Shown one piece after another: positions 8,924 through 23,098 of a stretch of DNA of 64,000 nucleotides. The position numbers were made by a program, and so were the translations under genes. The notes beneath the pieces are model-generated. The model saw only the letters and a list, made by a program, of their open reading frames with translations, did no database searches and was not told the DNA's origin. The DNA comes from Escherichia coli (GTDB lineage: Bacteria; Pseudomonadota; Gammaproteobacteria; Enterobacterales; Enterobacteriaceae). Each line of letters starts with the position of its first letter. The first letter of the stretch is position 1. The stretch is from the NCBI RefSeq assembly GCF_016903815.1, contig NZ_CP069973.1; one strand, given 5' to 3'.

Positions 8924-10657
8924 CTAAATTGGCCAGATATTGTCGATGATAATTTGCAGGCTGCGGTTGCCGCGAAACTCGTTGATATCGAGCTTGTAAG
9001 CCAGTTGCACTTCGCGCACGCCGTTATCCGGCCAGAGGGCGGTATCGACATTAAAAGCAATACCATCCAGCAGTGGACCGCCGCCGACCGGTTCGACCAT
9101 CACCTTCAAATGACGTTCGCCCACCAGCCGCTGTTGCAGCAGACGGAAATGACCGTCAAACAGCGGCTCCGGGAACATCTGCCCCCACGGGCCAGCATCG
9201 CGCAGCAACTGCGCCACTTCCATGGTCATTTCGGCCGGGCTTAACGGACCGTCTGACACCACTTCGCCTTGCAATAGCGAAGGGTCCAGCCACTCTGTAA
9301 CCAGTTCGCCAAACCGTTGTTGAAAGAGTTCGAATTTATCCTCTTCCAGCGACAAACCCGCCGCCATCGCATGACCGCCAAACTTCAGTATCATGCCAGG
9401 GTAGAGTGTGTCTAATCGCTCCAGTGCATCACGCATATGCAGCCCCTGAATGGAGCGACCTGAACCTTTCAGCGTACCATCACCTGCTGGCGCAAAGGCG
9501 ATAACCGGACGGTGAAAACGCTCTTTGATGCGCGAAGCCAGAATACCGACAACGCCCTGATGCCATTCGGGGTGATACATTGCCAGCCCGCCGGGTAGCG
9601 TGTCGCGACTTCGCTCCAGTTTCTCGCACAGGGTCAGGGCTTCAACTTGCATTCCTTGTTCGATCTCTTTTCGCGTCTGGTTTAGCGCATCGAGTTCATT
9701 TGCCAGCACGCGCGCTTCGCCGATGTTGTCGCACAGCAAGAGCGCCACACCGACGGACATATCGTCCAGTCGTCCGGCAGCATTGAGACGTGGCCCCAGC
9801 GCAAAACCTAAATCGCTGGCGGCGAGTTTTTGTGCATCACGGTTTGCCACTTCCAGCAGCGCTTTAATCCCTGGACGGCACTTTCCGGCACGGATGCGAC
9901 TCATCCCCTGCCAGGTCAGAATGCGATTATTAGCGTCCAGCGGCACGACGTCCGCCACTGTTCCCAGCGCGACCAGATCCAGCAGTTCTGCCAGGTTAGG
10001 AATTGCGATGCCACGCTCATAAAACCAGCCCTGATCGCGCAAAAAGGTGCGCAGCGCCAGCATCAGATAAAACGCCACACCCACGCCTGCCAGTGATTTC
10101 GACGGGAAATTACAGTCGCGCAAGTTAGGGTTAATGATCGCTTCCGCTGCGGGTAATGTTTCGCCCGGCAAATGGTGATCGGTAACAATAACCGGAATGC
10201 CCAACGAGCGAGCGTGTTCAACGCCCGCATGGGAGGAAATACCGTTATCCACCGTGACAATTAACTGCGCGCCACGGGCATGGGCCTGATCGACTACTTC
10301 CGGGCTTAAGCCGTAACCGTCTTCGAAACGGTTTGGTACCAGATAGTCGATATTGCTGCAACCAAGCGAGCGCATCGCCAGCACGCTTAGAGCCGTGCTG
10401 GTCGCGCCGTCGGCATCAAAATCACCAACCACAATAATCCGCGTTCCTTCGCGAAAAGCGTTGTAAAGGATCTCAACGGCCTTTTCGACGCCGCTCAGTT
10501 GCTGCCAGGGCAGCATACCTTTAACACTGCGTTCCAGTTCTTGCGCACTGCGTACTCCCCGGCTGGCGTATAAACGGCGCAGCAAGGGAGGCAATTCAGC
10601 GGGCAAGTCTGCCGTTTCATCGACTTCACGGCGACGAAGTTGTATCTGTTGTTTCAC
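8924..10657 (-). CDS. recJ: Single-stranded-DNA-specific 5'-3' exonuclease RecJ (DHH family)
   Basis: 577-aa ORF; DHH motif (VVGDFDADGATS, VTDHH), matches RecJ. Confidence 0.95.
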   Translation of the reverse strand: MKQQIQLRRREVDETADLPAELPPLLRRLYASRGVRSAQELERSVKGMLPWQQLSGVEKAVEILYNAFREGTRIIVVGDFDADGATSTALSVLAMRSLGCSNIDYLVPNRFEDGYGLSPEVVDQAHARGAQLIVTVDNGISSHAGVEHARSLGIPVIVTDHHLPGETLPAAEAIINPNLRDCNFPSKSLAGVGVAFYLMLALRTFLRDQGWFYERGIAIPNLAELLDLVALGTVADVVPLDANNRILTWQGMSRIRAGKCRPGIKALLEVANRDAQKLAASDLGFALGPRLNAAGRLDDMSVGVALLLCDNIGEARVLANELDALNQTRKEIEQGMQVEALTLCEKLERSRDTLPGGLAMYHPEWHQGVVGILASRIKERFHRPVIAFAPAGDGTLKGSGRSIQGLHMRDALERLDTLYPGMILKFGGHAMAAGLSLEEDKFELFQQRFGELVTEWLDPSLLQGEVVSDGPLSPAEMTMEVAQLLRDAGPWGQMFPEPLFDGHFRLLQQRLVGERHLKVMVEPVGGGPLLDGIAFNVDTALWPDNGVREVQLAYKLDINEFRGNRSLQIIIDNIWPI

Positions 10658-10662
10658 GCGAA

Positions 10663-11373
10663 TTATTTACCGCTGGTCATTTTTTGGTGTTCGTCGAGGA
10701 ATTCTTTCATCTCTTTCGGCGGCTGGTAACCCGGGACAAGTGTGCCATTGCTCAGCACAACTGCCGGAGTACCGCTAACGCCAAGCTGGACGCCAAGTGC
10801 GTAATGGTCGGCAATATCCACGTCGCAACTGGCTGGTGCGACGCTTTTACCTGCAATCACATCATCAAACGCTTTGTTTTTATCTTTCGCACACCAGATA
10901 GCTTTCATTTCTTTCTCTGCATCGCTGTCCAGCCCCTGGCGCGGGAAGGCAAGATAACGCACGGTGATCCCCAGCGCGTTATAGTCTGCCATTTGCTCAT
11001 GCAGTTTGTGGCAGTAACCACAGGTAATATCAGTAAACACGGTGATGACGTGTTTTTCCTGCGGTGCTTTATAAACGATCATCTCTTTTTCAAGCGCATT
11101 CAACTGCTTTAACAGCATCTTATTGGTGACATTGACCGGAGCCGTGCCGCTAACGTCATACATTGGCCCCTGAATGATATGTTTACCGTCATCGGTGATG
11201 TACAACACACCGCTGTTAGTCAGCACAGTCTTCATGCCAGCCACGGGTGCTGGCTGAATATCGCTGCTTTTAATGCCCATTTTGGCTAACGTTTGTTGAA
11301 TTGCCGCGTCATCCGCCTGAACAAAGCCTGAAAACGCCGCCAACAACGTAAATAACATAAAACCTTTCTTCAT
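10663..11373 (-). CDS. dsbC: Periplasmic thiol:disulfide interchange protein DsbC (start at MKKGFMLF rather than the longer ORF)
   Basis: Signal peptide, thioredoxin CGYC active site (ITCGYCHKLH), matches DsbC; 6 nt upstream of recJ. Confidence 0.93.
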   Translation of the reverse strand: MKKGFMLFTLLAAFSGFVQADDAAIQQTLAKMGIKSSDIQPAPVAGMKTVLTNSGVLYITDDGKHIIQGPMYDVSGTAPVNVTNKMLLKQLNALEKEMIVYKAPQEKHVITVFTDITCGYCHKLHEQMADYNALGITVRYLAFPRQGLDSDAEKEMKAIWCAKDKNKAFDDVIAGKSVAPASCDVDIADHYALGVQLGVSGTPAVVLSNGTLVPGYQPPKEMKEFLDEHQKMTSGK

Positions 11374-11396
11374 AAATCGTCCTATTTTCTCAGCAA

Positions 11397-12293
11397 TCAA
11401 GCCCGCGGGTGATGCTGTTGATGAAGTTGACGCAAACGCTCGGTGGCGACATGCGTATAAATTTGGGTGGTGGATAGATCGCTATGACCCAACAACATCT
11501 GCACCACACGTAAATCCGCACCATGATTTAATAAATGAGTGGCAAAAGCGTGACGCAACACATGCGGTGACAGCTTTTCGCTGTCGATACCCGCCAGCAC
11601 GGCATAATGTTTAATGCGGTGCCAGAAGGTCTGTCGCGTCATCTGCTGCGCACGCTGGCTGGGGAACAACACATCAATAGAGACACCGTTCAACAACCAC
11701 GGTCGCCCATGCTCGAGATACGTTTCCAGCCAGTAAACCGCCTCTTCACCTAACGGCACCAGGCGCTCTTTGTTGCCTTTACCAATGACCCGCACTACGC
11801 CCTGACGCAGGCTGATATCACTCATTGTCAGTCCGACCAGTTCAGAGACACGCAGCCCGGTAGCATACAACACTTCAAGCATGGCTTTATCGCGTAGCTC
11901 CAGTGGCTGATCAATTAATGGTGCCTGTAATAAACGTTCGACCTGCGCTTCGCTTAAATCTTTTGGCAAACGCTGTGGCAATTTCGGTGAAGCGAGATGC
12001 GCACTGGGATCGTCTTCACGAAACTTTTCGCGATAAAGATACTGGAACAATCGGCGCACTGCACTCAGCAAACGTGCCGAGCTGGTGGCTTTATACCCGC
12101 CCTCCAGCCTTTCTGCCAGTAATGCCTGCAAATCGTCACTTTGCGCCGTCGCCAGCGTCAACCCGCGGTGATGCAACCACTCCACCATCATTGACAGATC
12201 GCGACGGTAAGCGTTCAACGTATTTTCAGCCAGATTTTTTTCCAGCCACAGAGCATCAAGAAACTGCTCGATGCGTGCCAGATCCTGTTTCAC
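11397..12293 (-). CDS. xerD: Site-specific tyrosine recombinase XerD
   Basis: 298-aa ORF; tyrosine recombinase catalytic residues (R...HxxR...Y: LRHAFATHLLNHGADLRVVQMLLGHSDLSTTQIYTHV). Confidence 0.95.
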   Translation of the reverse strand: MKQDLARIEQFLDALWLEKNLAENTLNAYRRDLSMMVEWLHHRGLTLATAQSDDLQALLAERLEGGYKATSSARLLSAVRRLFQYLYREKFREDDPSAHLASPKLPQRLPKDLSEAQVERLLQAPLIDQPLELRDKAMLEVLYATGLRVSELVGLTMSDISLRQGVVRVIGKGNKERLVPLGEEAVYWLETYLEHGRPWLLNGVSIDVLFPSQRAQQMTRQTFWHRIKHYAVLAGIDSEKLSPHVLRHAFATHLLNHGADLRVVQMLLGHSDLSTTQIYTHVATERLRQLHQQHHPRA

Positions 12294-12404
12294 TTGCGCC
12301 CCTTATGGTCACTCATTTGATCCATTATGCCTTATTGTGCCGTGACTAAAGCGATTCTGATACACTAGCCGCAAAAGCCACAGCAGAATCGAGAAGCTTA
12401 CGTT

Positions 12405-12926
12405 ATGAATATGGGTCTTTTTTACGGTTCCAGCACCTGTTACACCGAAATGGCGGCAGAAAAAATCCGCGATATTATCGGCCCAGAACTGGTGACCTTA
12501 CATAACCTCAAGGACGACTCCCCGAAATTAATGGAGCAGTACGATGTGCTCATTCTGGGTATCCCGACCTGGGATTTTGGTGAAATCCAGGAAGACTGGG
12601 AAGCCGTCTGGGATCAGCTCGACGACCTGAACCTCGAAGGTAAAATTGTTGCGCTGTATGGGCTTGGCGATCAACTGGGATACGGCGAGTGGTTCCTCGA
12701 TGCGCTCGGTATGCTGCATGACAAACTCTCGACCAAAGGCGTGAAGTTCGTCGGCTACTGGCCAACGGAAGGATATGAATTTACCAGCCCGAAACCGGTG
12801 ATTGCTGACGGGCAACTGTTCGTGGGGCTGGCGCTGGACGAAACTAACCAGTATGACCTTAGCGACGAGCGTATTCAGAGCTGGTGTGAACAAATCCTCA
12901 ACGAAATGGCAGAGCATTACGCCTGA
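12405..12926 (+). CDS. fldB: Flavodoxin 2
   Basis: 173-aa [26 protein letters not shown]... long-chain flavodoxin FMN-binding N-terminus. Confidence 0.93.
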
Positions 12927-12959
12927 TGTCACTGACGGCTTAGCGCATATGCTTTGCCG

Positions 12960-13632
<673 letters not shown>

Positions 13633-13862
13633 TCACGAAAATCCAGTACCCCGCTATTGTAACGTGTTTTTCGACTTCTTTTACGGGAATATCAGTAAAC
13701 ACAATCGCGATCGCGAAATTAATTCACAACAATTCAAGGGCTTCATTTTTTTGGAAGTCGCCTCGCAGAAGGCACAGATCGCGTAGTGAAAGCACTTGCA
13801 TTGCCTCATAGCTCTTTTACCATTAGTCATTAATACGCCGTTAAGCAACTCAGGACTCTATT

Positions 13863-14843
13863 ATGGCTTTTACACCTTTTCCTCCCCGTCAGCCTACGGC
13901 TTCTGCCCGTTTACCGCTGACACTGATGACGCTTGATGACTGGGCGCTTGCCACCATTACTGGCGCGGACAGCGAAAAATATATGCAGGGTCAGGTGACA
14001 GCAGACGTCAGCCAGATGACAGAAGATCAGCACCTGCTGGCCGCCCATTGCGACGCCAAAGGTAAAATGTGGAGCAATTTACGTCTGTTCCGCGACGGCG
14101 ATGGCTTTGCGTGGATTGAACGGCGCAGCGTGCGTGAACCGCAGCTGACTGAACTGAAAAAATATGCGGTATTCTCTAAAGTGACCATCGCGCCAGACGA
14201 CGAGCGTGTGCTGCTTGGTGTTGCCGGTTTTCAGGCGCGCGCCGCGCTGGCAAACCTCTTTAGTGTATTACCTTCGAAGGAAAAGCAGGTTATCAGAGAA
14301 GATGCGACTACCCTGCTATGGTTTGAACACCCGGCAGAACGTTTCCTGATCGTAACCGATGAAGCTACTGCCAATATGCTGACCGATAAACTGCGCGGTG
14401 AAGCGGAACTGAACAATAGCCAACAGTGGCTGGCATTAAACATTGAAGCGGGTTTCCCGGTGATTGATGCCGCCAACAGCGGGCAGTTTATTCCACAGGC
14501 GACCAATCTCCAGGCGCTGGGCGGTATCAGCTTTAAGAAAGGCTGCTATACCGGACAAGAGATGGTGGCGCGAGCAAAATTCCGTGGTGCCAACAAACGC
14601 GCGCTCTGGTTGCTGACAGGTAGTGCCAGCCGACTGCCGGAAGCTGGTGAAGATTTAGAGCTGAAAATGGGCGAGAACTGGCGTCGCACCGGTACGGTGC
14701 TGGCTGCGGTAAAACTGGAAGATGGTCAGGTCGTGGTACAGGTCGTCATGAATAACGATATGGAACCGGACAGCATCTTCCGCGTGCGTGACGATGCGAA
14801 TACACTGCATATCGAGCCGCTGCCGTATTCGCTCGAAGAGTAA
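13863..14843 (+). CDS. ygfZ: tRNA-modifying / Fe-S cluster repair folate-binding protein YgfZ
   Basis: 326-aa ORF with GcvT-like fold and conserved KGCYTGQE motif. Confidence 0.9.
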
Positions 14844-14852
14844 ATCTCTGTA

Positions 14853-14907
14853 TCGCATCAGGCATTTATCGCCTGATGCGACGCTGACGCGTCTTATCAT
14901 GCCTACA
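14853..14907. repeat. REP (palindromic unit) element downstream of ygfZ
   Basis: CGCATCAGGC...GCCTGATGCGACGCTGACGCGTCTTATCATGCCTAC matches REP/PU consensus. Confidence 0.75.
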
Positions 14908-14919
14908 AAGGCATACCCA

Positions 14920-15582
<663 letters not shown>

Positions 15583-15742
15583 TTACTCCGGAGAAACGTA
15601 CACGCACATGTATACCTCTCCAGCGTAACTGAGAATAGTTCCAGTGAACACCTGTTAGCTAAAATAAATTCTGATTTGAGACTAATCTCCTAAAAATCAT
15701 GAAATTAAATGCGAAATTTCAACTAACAGGCGTGAGTTCAAT

Positions 15743-16054
15743 TTAAAGACATTTAAATTCAATCACATAAAATTGTGTCTGACCGGGATAGATGTCAGCA
15801 ATGACTTTTTTCAGTTCAGTCAGGGTCATATTTTCCTGCTCTGCATGTTTTTCCGTCAGCGTATCCAGCGTTACGGTTGAGGTTGCGGTGACTTCAATCG
15901 TGCAAAAATAACCGTCATCTTCAAAACGTCCGACACGAAGCACATCACCCGTTTTGAAGTGCGATTCAGACTCGTCGCGGATGGTGATGGTTTTACGCCC
16001 AGCCAGAATGTCATCCTGGAAACGTTGAAAAAAAGTGATGTCGTTTGGCTGCAT
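15743..16054 (-). CDS. yqfB: ASCH-domain protein YqfB (N4-acetylcytidine amidohydrolase)
   Basis: 103-aa [59 protein letters not shown]... Confidence 0.88.
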   Translation of the reverse strand: MQPNDITFFQRFQDDILAGRKTITIRDESESHFKTGDVLRVGRFEDDGYFCTIEVTATSTVTLDTLTEKHAEQENMTLTELKKVIADIYPGQTQFYVIEFKCL

Positions 16055-16071
16055 GGTACTATTTCCTGTAA

Positions 16072-17532
<1,461 letters not shown>

Positions 17533-17544
17533 GTCGATGAAGTA

Positions 17545-17570
17545 CCGGATGCAATACTTGTTGCATCCGG
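17545..17570. terminator. Hairpin between convergent bglA and ygfF (putative bidirectional terminator)
   Basis: CCGGATGCAATACTTGTTGCATCCGG perfect 10-bp stem. Confidence 0.5.
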
Positions 17571-17588
17571 TCAGACAACTTCCCTGTT

Positions 17589-18332
17589 TTATTTCCCGCC
17601 CGCCAAATCGATAAAACTTCCCGTGACGTAAGAGGCTTTATCACTTAGTAGCCAGACAATGGCCTGCGCGACCTCTTCTGCCTGTCCACCACGCTGCATG
17701 GGGATGTTCGACTTAACGCGATCGACGCGTCCAGGCTCGCCGCCGCTGGCGTGCATTTCGGTATAAATAAACCCTGGCCGCACGCAGTTAACGCGGATCC
17801 CCTGCGCGGCGACTTCCAGCGATAGTCCGGTGGTTAACGTATCAATCGCCCCTTTCGATGCCGCGTAATCAACATATTCCCCTGGCGAACCCAACCGTGA
17901 GGCCACCGAAGAGACATTGACGATAGCGCCGCCACTGCCACCATTTTTAAGCGCCATGCGTTTTACCGCCTCGCGGCAGCAGAGAAAATATCCCGTCACG
18001 TTGGTGGAAAGTACTCGGTTGATTCGCTCTGCGGTAAGGTTTTCAACGGTGCACTGGGTAAACAAGATCCCGGCGTTATTGACCAGCGCTGCTAGCGGTT
18101 CATCGTGCTGATCGATTGCTGTAAACATCGCAACGACCTGGTTTTCGTCGCTGATATCCGCTTGGAGCACGAATGCTTTGCCACCGGCTTGCGTTATTAA
18201 GTTCATCACTTCCTGCGCCGCGTGGAGGTTTTGCTGATAATTAACCGCCACCGTATACCCTTCTTGCGCCAACAGTAATGCAGTTGCCCGCCCGATGCCG
18301 CGACTGCCACCAGTCACAAGTGCTATAGCCAT
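17589..18332 (-). CDS. ygfF: Short-chain dehydrogenase/reductase YgfF
   Basis: 247-aa ORF; TGGSRGIG Rossmann motif, catalytic YxxxK (YAASKGA), NAG motif. Confidence 0.9.
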   Translation of the reverse strand: MAIALVTGGSRGIGRATALLLAQEGYTVAVNYQQNLHAAQEVMNLITQAGGKAFVLQADISDENQVVAMFTAIDQHDEPLAALVNNAGILFTQCTVENLTAERINRVLSTNVTGYFLCCREAVKRMALKNGGSGGAIVNVSSVASRLGSPGEYVDYAASKGAIDTLTTGLSLEVAAQGIRVNCVRPGFIYTEMHASGGEPGRVDRVKSNIPMQRGGQAEEVAQAIVWLLSDKASYVTGSFIDLAGGK

Positions 18333-18416
18333 TTGTTTTTCCGAGAAAAATTAATTCGTTGACGTATCTTTGAGATTGCTAACAAACTGGCTCAATCTTC
18401 AATGTTGGCACGCTTT

Positions 18417-18520
18417 TCCCCCTCGCCCTTTCAGGGAGAGGGCCGTGGTGAGGGTAAATATTCGCGCCAGTGCCGGCCTGTTCCCCTCACCCTAACCCTC
18501 TCCCCAAAGGGGCGAGGGGA
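18417..18520. repeat. GC-rich nested palindromic extragenic repeat (boxC-like?) downstream of gcvP
   Basis: CCCCTCGCCC-GGGAGAGGG-GGTGAGGGT ... ACCCTCACC-CCCTCTCCC-GGGCGAGGGG: three nested inverted-repeat pairs. Confidence 0.6.
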
Positions 18521-18598
18521 CTGTCTGAGCACTTTTGTACTTTGTCATCTGACTAAAAAGGCGCCGAAGCGCCTTTAGAAAATAGTCGAATCAGTGAA

Positions 18599-21472
18599 TT
18601 ACTGGTATTCGCTAATCGGTACGCAGGAGCAGAACAGGTTACGGTCGCCGTAAACATCATCCAGACGTTTCACTGTCGGCCAGTATTTGTCTGCCACACC
18701 TGCCGGGAATACCGCAACTTCACGGCTGTACGGATGCGCCCACTCGGCGACCAGTTCGCTCTGAATGTGCGGCGCGTTCACCAGCGGGTTATCTTCCAGC
18801 GGCCAGACACCGGCTTTCACCTGGTCAATTTCTGCGCGGATAGCCAGCATCGCGTCGATAAAGCGATCCAGTTCCACTTTGCTTTCAGATTCAGTCGGTT
18901 CAACCATCAGCGTACCCGCCACCGGGAACGACATCGTCGGCGCGTGGAAACCGTAGTCGATCAGGCGCTTGGCAATATCCAGCTCGCTGATGCCGGTTTC
19001 TTCTTTCAGCGGGCGAATATCGAGAATACATTCGTGCGCCACGCGACCGTCGCGACCGGTATACAGCACCGGGAAGGCATCCTGCAGGCGGCTGGCAATA
19101 TAGTTGGCGCTGAGGATTGCCACCTGGCTTGCTTTTTTCAGCCCTTCTGCGCCCATCATGCGGATGTACATCCAGCTGATTGGCAGGATAGAGGCGCTAC
19201 CGAACGGTGCCGCAGAAACCGCGCCCTGACGGGTTAACATGCCTTCGATGTGCACCACGCTATGACCCGGTACAAACGGTGCCAAATGCGCTTTCACGCC
19301 GATCGGTCCCATACCCGGACCACCACCGCCGTGCGGAATGCAGAAAGTTTTATGTAGGTTAAGGTGTGAAACGTCCGCACCAATAAAGCCCGGCGAGGTG
19401 ATGCCAACCTGGGCGTTCATGTTCGCGCCATCAAGGTAAACCTGACCGCCGAACTGATGCACGACTTCACACACTTCACGGATCGTTTCTTCATACACGC
19501 CGTGGGTAGAAGGATAAGTCACCATGATACAGGAGAGGTTATCGCCCGCCTGTTCCGCTTTCGCGCGCAGATCAGTCAGATCGATGTTGCCGTTTTTATC
19601 ACACGCCACAACCACCACCTGCATTCCTGCCATATGTGCAGAAGCGGGGTTAGTTCCGTGCGCAGAAGCCGGGATCAGGCAGATATCGCGATGCCCTTCG
19701 TTGCGGCTTTCATGATAATGACGAATCGCCAGCAGGCCCGCGTATTCGCCCTGTGCGCCAGAGTTCGGCTGCATACAAACGGCGTCGTAACCGGTCAGTT
19801 TCACCAGCCAGTCAGCCAGCTGCGCAATCATCTGCTGATAACCTTCGGCCTGCTCCGGCGGGCAGAACGGGTGCAGTTCGGCAAATTCCGGCCAGGTGAT
19901 TGGGATCATCTCGGCGGCGGCGTTCAGTTTCATGGTGCAGGAACCCAGCGGGATCATCGCCTGATTCAGCGCCAGATCTTTACGCTCCAGCGAGTGCATA
20001 TAGCGCATCATTTCGGTTTCGCTGTGGTAGCGATTAAACACCGGATGGGTGAGGATTTCGTCGTCGCGCAGCATCGCAGGTTGAATAGAGCGGCTGTCGT
20101 GAGCCACGTCTTTGTCCAGCGTGTCGATGTCCAGGCCGTGGTTATCCCCCAGCAGTACGCTGAAAAGCTGCATCACGTTTTCGCGCGTGGTGGTTTCATC
20201 AAGGGTGATCCCAACCGCGTTCAGGATATCGCTACGCAGGTTGATTTCAGCCGCTTCGGCACGCGTCAGTACGCCCGCCTTGTCGGCCACTTCCACACAC
20301 AGAGTGTCGAAATAGTGCGCATGGCGCAGCTTCAGACCTTTTTGTTGCAGGCCTGCCGCCAGGATATCGGTCAGACGGTGAATGCGGTTAGCGATACGTT
20401 TCAGGCCAACCGGGCCGTGATAAACGGCATACAGGCTGGCGATGTTTGCCAGCAGTACCTGGGAAGTACAAATGTTGGAGTTCGCTTTCTCACGACGAAT
20501 ATGTTGCTCGCGAGTCTGCATCGCCATGCGCAGAGCGGTGTTGCCAGCTGCATCTTTCGATACACCGATAATACGGCCCGGCATTGAGCGTTTGTATTCA
20601 TCTTTCGCCGCAAAGAATGCCGCGTGTGGGCCACCGTAGCCCATCGGCACGCCGAAGCGTTGCGCCGAACCAAAAACAATATCCGCGCCCTGTTTACCCG
20701 GCGCAGTTAACAGCACCAGCGCCATAATATCGGCGGCAACGCTGACCACAATTTTGCGTGATTTCAGTTCGCTAATAAGCGCAGTGTAGTCGTGAATTTC
20801 ACCGGTAGTGCCTACCTGCTGTAACAGCACGCCGAAGACGTCCTGATGGTCGAGCACTTTTTGCGCGTCATCGACAATCACTTCAAAACCAAAGGTTTCG
20901 GCACGAGTACGGACCACATCCAGCGTTTGCGGATGCACATCGGAAGCCACGAAGAAGCGGTTGGCATTTTTCAGTTTGCTGACGCGTTTCGCCATCGCCA
21001 TTGCTTCGGCGGCAGCGGTGGCCTCGTCCAGAAGAGAAGCAGAGGCCATATCCAGTCCAGTCAAATCCAGCGTTACCTGCTGGAAGTTGAGCAGTGCTTC
21101 AAGGCGGCCCTGGGAGACTTCAGGTTGATACGGAGTGTACGCGGTATACCAGCCCGGATTTTCCAGCATGTTACGCAGGATAACCGGCGGTAGCTGCACG
21201 GCGGTGTAACCCATGCCGATGTAAGACGTGAAGCGTTTATTGCGACTGGCAATAGCCTTGAGTTCTGCCAGTGCGGCGTATTCGGTCGCCGGTGCGCCAA
21301 CCTGCGGTGGTGTCGCAAGCTGAATATCTTTCGGCACAATCTGGCCGGTCAGCGCGTTTAACGATTGTGCACCAACGGCATTCAGCATTTCTTGCTGTTG
21401 CGCGGCGTCCGGTCCGATATGGCGTTCAATAAAAGCGCCGCTGTTTTCAAGCTGGCTTAACGTCTGTGTCAT
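18599..21472 (-). CDS. gcvP: Glycine dehydrogenase (decarboxylating), glycine cleavage P protein
   Basis: 957-aa ORF matching GcvP; PLP-lysine region; operon with gcvT-gcvH. Confidence 0.96.
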   Translation of the reverse strand: MTQTLSQLENSGAFIERHIGPDAAQQQEMLNAVGAQSLNALTGQIVPKDIQLATPPQVGAPATEYAALAELKAIASRNKRFTSYIGMGYTAVQLPPVILRNMLENPGWYTAYTPYQPEVSQGRLEALLNFQQVTLDLTGLDMASASLLDEATAAAEAMAMAKRVSKLKNANRFFVASDVHPQTLDVVRTRAETFGFEVIVDDAQKVLDHQDVFGVLLQQVGTTGEIHDYTALISELKSRKIVVSVAADIMALVLLTAPGKQGADIVFGSAQRFGVPMGYGGPHAAFFAAKDEYKRSMPGRIIGVSKDAAGNTALRMAMQTREQHIRREKANSNICTSQVLLANIASLYAVYHGPVGLKRIANRIHRLTDILAAGLQQKGLKLRHAHYFDTLCVEVADKAGVLTRAEAAEINLRSDILNAVGITLDETTTRENVMQLFSVLLGDNHGLDIDTLDKDVAHDSRSIQPAMLRDDEILTHPVFNRYHSETEMMRYMHSLERKDLALNQAMIPLGSCTMKLNAAAEMIPITWPEFAELHPFCPPEQAEGYQQMIAQLADWLVKLTGYDAVCMQPNSGAQGEYAGLLAIRHYHESRNEGHRDICLIPASAHGTNPASAHMAGMQVVVVACDKNGNIDLTDLRAKAEQAGDNLSCIMVTYPSTHGVYEETIREVCEVVHQFGGQVYLDGANMNAQVGITSPGFIGADVSHLNLHKTFCIPHGGGGPGMGPIGVKAHLAPFVPGHSVVHIEGMLTRQGAVSAAPFGSASILPISWMYIRMMGAEGLKKASQVAILSANYIASRLQDAFPVLYTGRDGRVAHECILDIRPLKEETGISELDIAKRLIDYGFHAPTMSFPVAGTLMVEPTESESKVELDRFIDAMLAIRAEIDQVKAGVWPLEDNPLVNAPHIQSELVAEWAHPYSREVAVFPAGVADKYWPTVKRLDDVYGDRNLFCSCVPISEYQ

Positions 21473-21508
21473 GAGCGATGGTTCCTGAAACGTGCAGTGA
21501 ATTGTGAA

Positions 21509-21580
21509 CCTCTCTCCTTACGAAGAGAGTGAGGGTGAGGCATAAATTTTCCTCACCCTGATCCTCTCCCGCAGAAGAGG
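21509..21580. repeat. Second copy of the same GC-rich palindromic repeat family, in gcvH-gcvP intergenic spacer
   Basis: GAGAGTGAGGGTGAGG-loop-CCTCACCCTGATCCTCTCCC shares GAGGGTGAGG/CCTCACCCT/CCTCTCCC modules, same orientation as the 18417-18520 copy. Confidence 0.6.
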
Positions 21581-21590
21581 AATAAAGCCG

Positions 21591-21980
21591 TTACTCGTCT
21601 TCTAACAATGCTTCGTATGCGGTCGCATCCAGCAGTGATTCCAGTTCGCTTTCATCGCTGGCTTTGATTTTAAAGATCCAGCCACCTGCATACGGTTCGC
21701 TGTTCACCAGTTCCGGGGAATCGCTCAGTGCATCGTTTACCGCCACGATTTCACCGCTTACTGGCGCATAAATGTCTGACGCCGCTTTTACTGATTCGGC
21801 AACCGCGCAGTCATCGCCCGCGCTAACCGTTGCGCCCACTTCCGGCAGGTCAACAAACACCATATCGCCTAACAGCTCCTGAGCATGTTCGGTAATACCA
21901 ACGGTGTAAGTGCCGTCGGCTTCTTTACGCAGCCATTCGTGTTCTTTGCTGTATTTCAGTTCTGCTGGTACGTTGCTCAT
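21591..21980 (-). CDS. gcvH: Glycine cleavage system lipoyl carrier H protein
   Basis: 129-aa [34 protein letters not shown]...; lipoyl-lysine motif ESVKAASD. Confidence 0.95.
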
Positions 21981-22003
21981 CAATCAATCTCCAAAAAAGT
22001 AAA

Positions 22004-23098
22004 TCACGCGACGGCTTTGCCGTTACGCACAAAAACAGGTTTTGTCACTTTAACCGGCATTTCACGGTTGCGAATTTGCACAATCGCCGTTTCGCCAATA
22101 CCTTCCGGCACGCGCGCCAGCGCAATGCTGTAACCCAGCGTCGGGGAGAAAGTACCGCTGGTGATAATGCCTTCATGCTGGTTGCCCTGCGCATCGGTAA
22201 AGCGTACCGGCAGTTCATTACGCAGCACGCCTTTTTCGGTCATCACCAGACCAACCAGTTTTTCTGTACCATGCTCACGCTGCACTTCCAGGGCTTCACG
22301 ACCGATAAAGTCACGATCTGCCGGTTCCCAGGCGATAGTCCAGCCCATGTTGGCGGCTAAAGGAGAAATAGTTTCGTCCATCTCCTGACCATAAAGATTC
22401 ATGCCCGCTTCCAGACGCAGCGTGTCACGCGCGCCCAAGCCACATGGCTTAACACCCGCTTCCACCAGCGCACGCCAGAAATCGGCCGCTTTTTCATTGG
22501 GCAGCGCAATTTCATAGCCCGCTTCACCGGTATAACCAGTGGTGGCAATAAACAGATCGCCCGCCTGCACGCCAAAGAACGGTTTCATCCCTTCCACCGC
22601 CTGACGCTGGGCGTCATTAAACAGTGTGGCAGCTTTTGCCTGCGCATTCGGCCCTTGCACGGCAATCATGGAAAGGTCATCACGAACGGTAATTTCGATG
22701 CCGAAAGGTTCAGCGTGTTGGGTAATCCAGGATAGGTCTTTTTCGCGGGTGGCGGAGTTAACAACGAGGCGGAAGAAATCTTCAGTAAAGTAGTAGACGA
22801 TGAGGTCATCTATCACACCGCCAGAGGCATTCAACATCCCCGAGTAAAGGGCTTTGCCGCTTTTGGTGAGCTTCGCCACATCGTTCGCCAGCAGATAACG
22901 CAGAAACTCCCGGGTGCGGCTGCCGCGGAGATCGACGATGGTCATATGTGACACATCAAACATTCCGGCATCGGTACGTACCGCATGATGTTCGTCGATT
23001 TGCGAACCGTAATGCAGCGGCATCATCCAGCCGTGGAAATCCACCATGCGAGCGCCGCAAAGCGTGTGTTGTTCGTACAAAGGAGTCTGTTGTGCCAT
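22004..23098 (-). CDS. gcvT: Aminomethyltransferase, glycine cleavage T protein (start at [11 protein letters not shown]; the longer ORF N-terminus is leader)
   Basis: 364-aa protein matching GcvT. Confidence 0.94.

Noticed and set aside
18417-18520. Possible CRISPR-like repeats (GC-rich palindromes near gcvP and REP clusters at 42432 and 55105)
   Set aside because: No regularly spaced identical direct repeats with unique spacers and no cas genes; these are extragenic palindromic repeat families.
19457-20587. 376-aa plus-strand ORF
   Set aside because: Antisense to gcvP; His/Arg-rich low-complexity translation typical of non-coding frames.
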